A DNA stretch of 64,000 nt from contig NC_135656.1 of NCBI RefSeq assembly GCF_964188315.1, positions 66,464,001 through 66,528,000 of the forward strand. The letters run 5' to 3'. Shown piece by piece: positions 38,454 to 50,296 of this stretch. This DNA comes from Podarcis muralis (lineage: Eukaryota). Positions within the stretch are counted from its first letter, which is position 1. Each line of letters opens with the position of its first letter. The notes under the pieces are model-generated. The model searched no databases, was not told the DNA's origin, and saw only the letters and a list, made by a program, of their open reading frames with translations. Made by a program: the position numbers and the translations under genes.

Positions 38454-38519
38454 CTGGTTGTTATGTGGCATACCATAGAGTGCTTCCACCAGATCGGCTG
38501 CCCTCTTGAGTATTACTTC
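38454..38519 (-). CDS. EBF1: EBF1 exon 12: EVILKRAADLVEALYGMPHNNQ (duplicated helix H2d)
   Basis: 66 bp, too short for the ORF track; acceptor cttctcctgacAG|GAA, donor CAG|GTAAAT; phase 0-0; continues the frame from the 57803 exon. Confidence 0.96.
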
Positions 38520-41141
38520 CTGTCAGGAGAAGGGGAGAGAAGAGACATGCTTGTAAGAGTACAATAAACTGTATGCAGAAATAGCATTTCCCAGCATTCT
38601 CTTAGCTCTCAGCTTTGACTTGAGTATACAAGAGTCTTTAAAAGCGACCATTGTTAGTGAGCTCAGAATGTTGTTAAATCACAAGTTCATCCAGTTCATG
38701 CACAAAAGCTTAATAAAGTTTAAAGGTGAAACTTGTTTGTGCTGCAAAATAAAAATTGTCAGTCGATTGTCTGCTGTCTGCACTGAGAGTCCACTGGTGG
38801 GTTTATTGCAGGATGACCTATAGTAATTTGTTAGATTGCTGAAATCAATGCCGTTCAGAGCATGTTATGAATCCTTCTAATCTGTTTATTTGGTTCTTAA
38901 TTTATATTACAGAAAGATTGACCTTATCAGATCAGCTACATAGCTGTGGAATGTGTTGATCTGATAACAATGTAATATCCAACTTCTTTGGCTCATATTC
39001 CTTTGTCATGGGCAGATGCCACAACCAGGTATTCAAACTAGCTACAGCACCATGGAAGGAGCGGTGGGAGGGCTTTGAAGCCAAACAGCAATGCTGCAAA
39101 GGGAGACATGTAAGAATGTTCTTCATAGAAGTGACATTAAGAACGAATAAGAAGATGTGGCTAGATTTGGGGCATAACCCTTTAATTTTCATTGTTACTT
39201 CTTCAACTTTCTATATTATATACCTATGCTTTTAAATCTGACACCTGCATACCACAATGCTCTTTTTTTTTAGAATGCAAAAATGTGGAGAACAAGAGTG
39301 GAAACAATAAAATACATTTGCAAACTACAGAGCATAAAATATCTTTCTACATTGCCCTCTAATGCACAGCAGGTTTCTACTGGCTCAATAAAAAAACTGA
39401 TCAGGGAACTTTTTTTTATATACGATTCGATTTCTCTATATACTACAGTATAAAAGAACAGCAAAGCTGAAGCCATATATATTTCTGCGGGTGTCTTAAA
39501 AAACTAGATGCAACATTTTCCTACTGACTTTTGAGTAAAGTTGAAAAGTTTAACTGAGAATGTTTTATACACTAGGTAGATTTTCCAACCAAAAGAAGCA
39601 GTAATGCTCAATTTTCATATACTATAGTCTCTGATCAGAAAATAGAGATATAATTGCATTCATTTTGCTGTCACCATAACCTCTTCAAAATCCTTGAACA
39701 ACTCTTCAGATGACAAGCTTTTAGATGCATATTAGCATTTTTTCAATTTAAAATTCTCTACAATATACGATAAAATAGTTGTCATACTGCAGTAGCTACT
39801 TATGACATACATGATGTCCTAAATTTAAAAATGAGATGAGAGTGTGTTTGTGCATTTTGCACCCCCAGTAAACATTTATCGTTCCTTAAAACCATTGCAC
39901 AGCTTCTCCTTCAGAATGCACTTTTCAATTATTATTTTCACACATGCAGCCAGGTGCATTATATAATTGATGGCTTCTGAATCAATACATTTGAAACTAT
40001 TTCTGAAGAGATCACTGGCTACAGGCTTTGTCCTTTTCTGTGCTGCTTGACCAAAGCACTAAATAATTTAAAAGGCTATGAAGGGAATGCACACGATACC
40101 CATATGGAATCAGGCCATGCTGTTTTAGCTGAGCCACTTAGATTGTCAGTAAGCCTTGCCTGCCTTGTAAAAGATTAAAACTCTAGAGTAGAGGGAAGAG
40201 CTGCTTGTCAGATTTGACTCCCTCACCACCACCCAGTTTCCAGTAAACTAAAACATCTTGTTCAGGGACCACAACTTCAAAAAAAGTAAAATTGTTCTGG
40301 TGAAATCAAAGTCAACAATGTTAGGCTTGAACAACAGTTGTAGTAATATTACTTTAACATGTACTTGCATGCTCATTTTTAACCATCGTCATTGAAGTAA
40401 TTATCCCTTCTCTTTTAGTATCAATTCTGAAACAAAAGATCATTTTGCTTCGAGTCTGAGCAATGATACAGGCTGCAGTTCATTTTCTATTTAATATTGG
40501 AGCAGTTAAATTCACGTGAGTAGAACTCTTCATGGGAAAGTTGCTTGTGGACCACTGCCTTAATATAATTATGCAGAAATCTTACGCTCTCATTCTTAAG
40601 GAATAAAGAAGTAACTTATAGTAAACGACAGTGCAAATAAAAAAAATAGCCATGGTTTTCCATGTAGTTTATTACTGGAGTACATTCAGTAAGTGCTGTT
40701 ATAATTTAGAGCTATTCGCTGTTTGTGATTTCTTTCTTTTGAAACAAGCAATTGCCTATACAAGGTTTTTTTTTTTTTGCTTTCTTAAACAATATTTCTA
40801 CATAATAAAACCTTTTTTGTGTCTGACACTTTTAGGTTAGGAATGCAGATGTTGCACAAAAACTCCTTTGTCAGATGATTCTAAGCTTTTACTCTAAAGA
40901 GGATCATAGCATCTATATTCAGATTAGTCTTTAATAAAACACACAATAATAATCATTAAAAAAAAATCAGTTCCCATTCAGCTACCATAGCTAATAGTGT
41001 CATTGCTTCAAATGAAAAGCAGGCCCTAAAAGTCTTCTATAAGTTACTGCAGCAGACCTTGCAAGGTGCTTGAATTGCGGTAACCAGAAAATTGTTCTCA
41101 CCTCCATGTCATTACGCTCCCAGTGAACCAGCCCCCGAGCG

Positions 41142-41425
41142 NNNNNNNNNNNNNNNNNNNNNNNNNNNNNNNNNNNNNNNNNNNNNNNNNNNNNNNNNNN
41201 NNNNNNNNNNNNNNNNNNNNNNNNNNNNNNNNNNNNNNNNNNNNNNNNNNNNNNNNNNNNNNNNNNNNNNNNNNNNNNNNNNNNNNNNNNNNNNNNNNNN
41301 NNNNNNNNNNNNNNNNNNNNNNNNNNNNNNNNNNNNNNNNNNNNNNNNNNNNNNNNNNNNNNNNNNNNNNNNNNNNNNNNNNNNNNNNNNNNNNNNNNNN
41401 NNNNNNNNNNNNNNNNNNNNNNNNN
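41142..41425. other. Assembly gap (284 N)
   Basis: Run of N. Confidence 1.
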
Positions 41426-44400
41426 GGGCTAAAGCATGTTTAAGATGAAGCCTGGCTATTTATTGTATATTGCACTTAAAGTCTATGGAATATTAAAATG
41501 CACTGATTAAATTTGTAAATGGTATTATAAGAAAGATAGCTAATATAAAAAGATCTATGCCTTTGAAAATCGAAGTGATCTTGCGCCACTGAAAGTGTGC
41601 ACAGAGAGGCAAAGTTACATAGAAAACATTTTTTCAAACCCATAACCCTTGTCCTTAAACATACATTGGTGCAATTCAACTAAATTAATAATATGCTGTT
41701 TAATACTATAGGCTTGGATGAAAAAATCAAGACAGTAAAGTGCATTAAAAATGTTAAGAAAGTATATTTCATTTTCAAAAGCCATTCAACCATTTTTTTC
41801 ACTGAAAAATCCTATGACACAAGATGTGATTCTGAGTGATGGTTTTCCATTTCTCTCCTAGTGAAGTCCACAGGACTAAGGAACCTGTCTATGTCCTTTT
41901 TCATTTAGTACTTCTGGGTTTAAAATTATCTGTGCTATAATTCTTTACATACTTAGCAGGGGGTAGGCTCTACTGAACACAGCATAACTGACATTTGAAT
42001 GGCCATGTATAGGGTTATGCTGTTTGTCTTCATGACAAATAATTGAGACTGGAATTATGTAACAGTTTTTAAAAGAAATGTGATACAGGCATCATCCCGT
42101 AGGGTCCACACTCATTTCTTTTGTCTCACTATCATCTGCTCAGATTTCGCAAAATGTTGAAGTGCTAGGAAAAAACCCTGTAAAATCTGGACAGAGATGA
42201 AAGTGGGATAAATGTGCCACTTCAATGATTTGCAAAATCTGTTTGAGCAGATGGTCAGGAGACTCAAGAGTGTAAGCCATGTTGTTCTCACTTTACGATG
42301 GTGGGTTATCAGGGTTTCCCCCCTGTACTTGGGGGAAAAGAAGGTGGGTTAGGTCTGTGGGGTGCGGTTCCATGGGAAGCCTTTCTCTGAGGTAGCCTCA
42401 CATCAATGGAATGACCTTCCCTCTTAGGTGTGCCTCATCTCAACATTTTTTTCCTTTTTGTTGGAAGATGAAGACACACCTCTTTGTCCAGGTTTGGGAA
42501 AAGGGGTGAAGTGCACTGAGTATGCTTTGTTTTTGCCGCTGCTTAGCGATCTTATTTTTCTCTGATTTTATTGTGATTTGTATTGTTGTTGCTGCATTTT
42601 GCTTGTTTTATATTGTTAATTTTGGTTCTAATGTGTACGTATTTGCTGCCCAGGGACCTTTGTGCGAAGGGCAGATTATAATGTTCCTGATAAATGAATG
42701 AATGAATAAATAAAACTATTAGCCCTCCTCAGAGAGTAAGAGGACCACAGGTCACGGGCAGTGCTGGAGCTGCTTTCATGTTATTACCTGCAGGGGCCAC
42801 ATTCCTCAGTAAACTCAACCAGCAACAAGGAAAATTCCACAGAAACGGAAAGGCTTTTGGCATGGAGTTTTTTTACTGAGATTGTTCATAAATTGGTTAT
42901 AGGCCCAAGCTGTCAATTAATGCACCATAGTTCCCCAGCACCAGCAAGGGTAGAAACACAATGTTGAGAGCAAGAAGAGGAACAATATGTGGCTGAGGAT
43001 TTCCTCTTGGTGCTGGGTATTTATTTCTGTGTTCAGTGTACCCTCTTTGAAAAAATATTGAAGAGACTCTAGATTGCTATATTTATAGTAGCACTGTTGT
43101 GTTTATAAATGTTTGGATTACAGGTTATTAATTTTTTTTTTATTTCTGGTACTTCTTCCTTTCACCAAGGAGCAATCAGAGACATTTGTAACCCACCCAA
43201 ACAGACACACTTACAGAAAAATAACGCAACTTGAAGGGGCTGAAGTGCCCTCACCATCATGGCAACCCCAAAGGGGTAACCTTCCTTTTCGTGTTGTTCC
43301 CTCTGGGTGTTGCCTCCCATTTGGATCTGTCCACAGTGCCTCAGCAGGGCTAACTTTGTAGCTCTCTAGTCAGATGCTAACTATCAGCTAGAGCTGCTTC
43401 CACCCAATTCCTTCATGGTTCTGCCCCAACACCATCAAGGGCTGGTCGGGATACTGAGGAGACTTTAGAGTTAAATTCATAGAACCCCTGTCCCCCACCT
43501 ACCTAAGGGTTTCTATAGCAATAGCTAAAGTGTATTTGTTTGGCTTTTGATGTGGATTGCACCACAGAGGAATCCATTAAAGCATGAAACTTGCTTTAAA
43601 ATGAATTATAATCTCCTATATAAGTGCCCAGTGCTTTGTTGGCTGAGCCATTTCCCTGAGAATGAAAACCATTTGCCATATATGGTTCACTGGGGTTAAG
43701 CTTCATCATGATAACTATATTTTGTGCTCCTTCTTGGGAAGAAATGCTACAATATTCTCATTGATCTCTGGTTTCATATGTTAAAATGGGTAGAAAGTAA
43801 TTGTGCAATGTGGACCCTGAATTTACCTGATGCCAATAAATTTCAAGGAATTAGTTACAGGTATCATGTTTTTTCTTCCTTTTCATGAAAGAGCTGCCAC
43901 TATATATAAAGCTTATCACTCACCTAAAGCACTAGTATACTTATAGAGATTCTCTAGCAAATCATGAGGTATTTATAATGGGTTGTCTAGATATCATATC
44001 ATCTTCTAATGCTCTATTAGCTCAGCACTGTGACAAAGATAAGAAATTGAGAGAAATCATTCATCTTGTAGAAGAGCTTAATGAAGATGATGTCATTCAA
44101 AGTTTCCATGCTTCCATCTTTAGCTGATGGACTCTGACTCCTAGTTTCTTGTTTCATGGGTGCGGCAAACAAATGCCCAGTTATATTCTAAATATAGCCT
44201 CTGGAGGGTGGTTGCTTTCTTTTTTTGGCAGGGGAGAGAGCTTTGGAAATTTTAATTTAAAAGCATAATAATACTTAGACTGCCAACCCATACACATTTA
44301 TGTGTAAATCAGTTTCATAGAACTCATTAGTGGGATTAACACAAGTAAAAAGATGGCAAGGATTAGGCTGCAAAATTTTAACTCCTTTTACATATTAAGA

Positions 44401-44810
44401 CATGAATATGTTTGTTCCATGTCAGTGTTTTTCATTGTTAGGGTTGGGTAAGCATTCTTTTTCGGGGAACGTTCAAAATCAATATACCAACTCAAATTAA
44501 CTTTTCAAATATTTTCAAATAGACTTTAAAATTATATCCTTTTGAAGAAAGAGCATGGGCTCACCCACTATATTCATAAAGGAATGGACACTCTTCTTCT
44601 TCCATGACAGAAAATGAGGGAATCACCAGCATTACCCTCTCACTGTGCCCCTCCTTTGAAGTAAATGATGGTCTTGGATGCTGGTGCCCATGGAAGAACA
44701 ATTCACATGCACAGTCTGAAATATTTGCATAATATGGATGAAAAACTCATACAGTGGTGACTGGTCTAATAGGAAGCATCTCCATTCTCTTCATCACTGC
44801 GGGCCTAACT

Positions 44811-44946
44811 CAAGGTTTCTCAAACTCAGGTTTCCATTTGTTTTTGGACTACAACTCCCATCATCCCTAGCTAGCAAAACCAGTAGTCAGGGATGGTGGG
44901 AACTGTAGTCCAAAAACAGCTGGAGACCCAAGTTTGGGAAACCTTG
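44811..44946. mobile_element. Hairpin MITE family B (hAT)
   Basis: TIR CAAGGTTTCTCAAACT / AGTTTGGGAAACCTTG; 8-bp TSD gcctaact / gccaaact (7/8 match). Confidence 0.82.
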
Positions 44947-45261
44947 GCCAAACTACTAGTTATGGTAATATGATTAGCAAACAGGCAGAAGGTTTTTTTT
45001 TTAAATTAAAAATGCAGGGTTGCGGAAATGTGCCATTTGAGGAAGAAAATGTTGAGTCAGCAGTAGTGAAATGGAACATGAAAGAATGAACAAATATTTT
45101 CATCATGAAGGAAATAAAAACCCAACAAACAGTAAAATTTGACGAAAACATATTCATGACCCATAACTGAATGTTAGGGGACAGAATTAAAAGAACAAAA
45201 CAAAAAACAAGATAATATTCCCTAGTTGCTAAACAGTGAAGCGCCTGATATCACATTGCCA

Positions 45262-45311
45262 TTGTTTGTTTGTTTGTTTGTTTGTTTGTTTGTTTGTTTG
45301 TTTGTTTGTTT
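45262..45311. repeat. (TTTG)n microsatellite
   Basis: ~12 units seen directly. Confidence 0.95.
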
Positions 45312-48300
45312 AAAACAATTCTATATTGATCGTCATTAAAAATTCCAGGGTGGGGCAGAACAATGGTAATACAGTTCTGAAAAAATCAATATATTAAAAA
45401 CAATAAAAAATATCAACAGTAACCCAGATAGCTAGTTAGGTCTTTAGCAATCACTCAAAAAACATAAACGTTTGTGCTTTGCCATAAAGCTGGGTGCCAC
45501 AAAAGGAAAAAATTGTCACCCCATGTTGTCTCAATATGAATTTAAGACTGGATATAATCTTGGATATTAACTATTGCCCCATAGATTGACCATTGGATTT
45601 ATTTATTTATTAGATCTGGCTGCTAAGGTAGTTTAGGTAAAAGGACAGAATTCAGATTTGGGATAGTTATCTAGAATGATTTACTGGGAGCCAAAGTTCG
45701 TTCAGCAAACTGAATTCTGAGTTTGCTAGGTACTTAAGCTTCCTTCTTCTTCCTATTATGTAGCCTCTTCTTCCATGTTATTTGCAAACAGACTTTTCCC
45801 CCCTAAAAGCAAATAACATTGAAATGAGCACTAAATTTGCACTACATTCTGCAATATTTCCAGAAGTGGCATTAATGTCATGTGAAAGCTTAAAGATGAA
45901 GTGGAAATTAAAAGTCAAGGAAACATCAGGAAAATGAAATAAATGGCTGTGTGAATGCTCCCATCTGGGCATTAGTATGTGACCCCACAGCTGAGTAAGC
46001 TAGCCTGTTGCCAAGTGAAGGTAAAATAATAATATTGAGCTAGCTTGGTTTTTCCTCCCTTCACCCATCAAGTATAAAGATGTATTCTAGTATGCAAGAC
46101 TCACTTAACGAAGGAGGACTAAGGTCTCTCCAAGCTGTAATGGTCTCCACAGCCTTCATCCAAACTGAAGATCACAGCCTATGCCTAAGGCACTAACAGA
46201 AACACTCAGGCATGACCTTGCCACCTGCTCCACATTGAACCAAGCTTATAAATAAAATATAGTAAGCATATATGAGACAGCAAAATCTTTGAAGGGTAAA
46301 TGCATGCAGGCATCAAGCCATGAATATATTGTGAATCAATGAGAAAGATCTCTCTTGATCACAAAGGTGATAATGCTATAGCAGAGGGGAGAAAAATCTC
46401 ATGCACAGAGTTTTATGCTGTAAGTGCTGAACAGTAATAGGATTTAAGTCCACCGCGTCTTCCAAAACGTTTTGCTTTGGCAAAGGAAGTCTTTGAAGCA
46501 TAAGAAAAGGGGCCAGAAGCAAGCAGCTCTTTCCCATGCATCATTTATACTTTCAGCAAGATGGCAATCAGTGCTGGGGAATCAGAGCTGTTCCAGTAGG
46601 TAAGGATGTCTGGCCTAGTCTCAGCATCCCTGACAATTGCAGAGTATTGGAGATGCCTTTACATTGCAGTTTTTCTCTGTTGACTCCCTCCCTCACACTA
46701 TCTGCATCAAGGTTGGGGGTGGATCAGGCCAGCAGTCCCTGATTTTGGAGCATAAGTACCTTGCATAACAAACCATAGGAGGGTTAGATAGGTATATACA
46801 TATAGTCCCTTTTGCTGCCTTGGACACTCAAGTTGCAGGAAGGATGGGAGGAAGACTTCACTGCCTACAGGTGGTGCTTGAATTTAACTGGGCTGAATAC
46901 AAATAGTTCTAAATCAACTTATTTGAACAGGGCTGTCTAATATATGCCAGCTCTTTCTGCATTAACCCATAAACCCCTTTTGGGTTAAAAACTACAATAA
47001 GAATAGAATGTAGATTAAACAGGTGTTTTTTTTTAAAAAAAAACAATCAAGAATATCTTCTGGGATATAAATCTCAGATAAGAAAAGAGACTTGTTAGAT
47101 TCTGCAAAATGGCTGGTTTTTAATGGGACGAATGAAAGTGGCAAAGTAAAAAGGCTGTGATAGGATGACCTCTGGTGATATTTGGCTACATCTTGTCCAG
47201 ACTGAATGAAGCAAAGACTGAAATAATGTTGGGAGGTTTTCATATTAGAGTGTTAAAAAAACCTGCTATGTCATAACCCCTACAAACGAGTACATTCGCT
47301 TACATTTTATCATAGGCATAATTTTTAAAAAAGTCTCTAGGAAGGGGCATTCTCATTACAATAAAGGACCACTTTAGTCCCAATTGAAATGAAAAGAAAG
47401 AGCACAGCTTACATCTAGATACCAAGTGGTAATTTCTAGGGAAGCATAAAATGCCAAATGTGTAACAATTATGTTTTATAACTCTGTGTTCAAAGGACTT
47501 AATAGTATTTTATTGCACAGAGAGGCTTCAGCTCAAGCAGACCTATTTTACTGGAGTGCTCCCTGCCTTATGTTGTTAAAGCACTTCATCAACTTTCTTT
47601 CTTATTATCAGCAGGAGAACGACAAGATTAATTTTTGAACAATCTAAGTGGCCCTAAAAATCTGGCAGTAACTAATTTCACGAAGCAGATGTCTAAGCTA
47701 AACCGATAAACAACATTTCCTCAAAAATATCGGGGGCATAAGGTACTTGATATTAGCCCCTCCAGCATTCTGATAACTATCACTGCATTTAATATTATTG
47801 TTCTGCCTGGCCTCAGTGATGACAGATACAACCATTCTTCCTAAGCATATATTAATAACATTTAGGGGTAGGGGAGGGAAGTGTGGAGGGCCTGGGTTGT
47901 TTATTTTATCCCCAACACTGGTCACAAAAACATTGACAATATTTTCATTGCTCCTTGCTCTTCATTTTTAAATGAATAAATAAAAACAAACAGCTGGGGG
48001 GAAGTTTGATCAGCTACCAGGCACAGTTTAAGATTCCCTGGGCAATATACAAGACCGTCAGGGTGGAAAATCAAAACCGTGACATACTGAAATGTGTTTC
48101 TTTAAGCAAACAAAAGCAAATTGCATTGCACACTCATATTGTATGAGCCAGATCTATCCCATACAAGTGTATCACCTACAGTATCTTAATCCATCAGCTA
48201 CAAATCATGAATATGGTTACCGCCTAGGCAAAGGCAGAGTGCATAGATCTTTGTTCTAAAAGGCAGTCTTGAGTTTTCTTGCAGAGGTACTCAGAGGATG

Positions 48301-49935
48301 CTACTGTCTAAACGATTTATATCATTGTAAGCAAAATGATTGACTTTTAAAACAGAAAAAAAGAGTGGGGAGAGCTGGTTATTGCCTTAATGAAAAAAAA
48401 ATCAATGGAAGTAAAATGAAGACATGAGATTTTGTCTGAGTTGCCGTTAATACTACTGAAGAGCTATGGATATTAGAAGGTCAACAAATAAATTAGTTCA
48501 AGTGGTAAGAAATGAATGATTTGAATTCAAATCATATTGAGTGCAAATTATTCACTGCCTATTACACCAGGTAATTTTTACCCGTGGTGCCTCAATTACT
48601 GTTCCATAAGCAGTAGTGCAGTTTTAAGAGCTGCAAGTTCCACTGAGCAACCTCCAAGTAGCTGGGCTGGGATAGCTGACTTTATAGCGATGGATCACAA
48701 AGTGTGGCCCTTCTGCATAGGAACCCTTATGAAAGAAACAGGACTGCGTTCATTTCACCAAACTGGTTCACCTTTTATGTGTCAGACATTAAAAACAGAC
48801 CCTGTGTTTCTTAGGAAGGAATTAGGACCGTTGCCGTATACTTTTTCCTCCACGTTATTATGACATCAAAATGGTAAGAATGAAGATCTCTTTATGCTCA
48901 GCTGAGTGAACTCTGCAATAGCTGTGTTTCATTTGGGAAGGCAACATACAGTATCTCTTGGGATTTCAGGCTTAAGCAGGCAACAATGAAGCTATATGTG
49001 GCTATCCTAAAGCACCAACATTAAGGGATTTCAAAACATCAATCTCACTCAACAAATGACGAGATGGAGCCTGTAGAAACCCTTTAGGTTTGGGTATACT
49101 TATCTCAAGAAACCTCTGTTGACGTTGACAATTCCAGAATAACTAATTAATAGACACTAGAAGAATGCAGTAGTTTTGAGAAAAGGATGCTTGTTCAGGG
49201 ACAGTGGCAGGATGTCACTAAAGCAAAGGTTGGGATCCTCTAGTTCACAAGCCAAATTTGCCCCATTAGGCATCTCCATTTGGCCCACCAGGTCATTTCA
49301 GCTAAGCTGTGACCACCTGCCCTGCATTTGATGTAATATATAGTGCCAGGTGTGGGGCCAGTAAGGATGGGGTTTGGCTATAAGGAGCTATGCAGGAACT
49401 TCCAATTGCAGCACTTCCAAAACACCTGACAACCAGCTGGCTGTCAGGCATTTGCACTTCGACAAATGTGAAGCACAGGACATCATTATTACATCAGATG
49501 ATTGAGCAGTGGGTGATCCCACCCACCTGTCAGAGTTTGCTTGCATGGGTGGGGGAAGGTAAAGATGTGACCTGCTGGGCCAAAACAGTTCCCCAACCCT
49601 GCCCTAAAGAGTGACTTCTAAGAATGAAGGATACCAATAGCTAAGACATTTGAAACAATCATATCTGGTTTACTGAGGCTTGAATAGATTACTAGAGATG
49701 GGAAAAATCGACCAATCTCAATTTGGATTGAGCTGGGTCTTTCCCAACTTTTTGATAGAATTCTTGGGAAATGCTTTCTTTCCCATCCTTACATCTTATG
49801 CCACCTAAACTAACCTTATACATTGACCCTTATACATAAAAGACTCAAGTTGCAAGTCCCTGGATGATATGTCAAAATGAATATTAGCCTCCTTTGCATA
49901 TTGCTTATGAGAAAGATAATAAATGATTGGTGTGA

Positions 49936-49980
<45 letters not shown>

Positions 49981-50296
49981 TATTATTATTATTATTATTA
50001 TTATTATTTATACCCCGCCCATCTGGGTGGCTTTCCCCAGCCACTCTGGGTGGCTTCCAACAAAACACTAAAATACAATAACCTATTAAACATTAAAAGC
50101 TTAAACAGGGCTGCCTTCAGATGTCTTCTAAAAGTTTGGTAGTTATTTTTCTCTTTGACATCTGGTGGGAGGGCGTTCCACAGGGCGGGTGCCACTACCA
50201 AGAAGGCCCTCTTCCTGGTTCCCTGTAATTTGGCTTCTCGCAGCGAGGGAACCGCCAGAAGGCCCTCGGCGCTGGACCTCAGTGCCTGGGCAGAAC
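49936..50296 (-). mobile_element. Young L2 LINE 3' end with microsatellite tail
   Basis: ORF 50004..50321 encodes ...QGTRKRAFLVVAPALWNALP...FRRHLKAALF, the L2-clade ORF2 C-terminus; 3' end ggcggggtataaa(taa)n. Confidence 0.85.

Noticed and set aside
49693-49791. Short element with TAGAGATGGGAA / TTCCCATCCTTA termini (hAT-Tip100-like)
   Set aside because: No matching TSD and too degenerate to call confidently.
49805-50071. Poly-Asn/Tyr and poly-Ile ORFs (also poly-Met/Ile at 63067)
   Set aside because: Translations of trinucleotide microsatellites.
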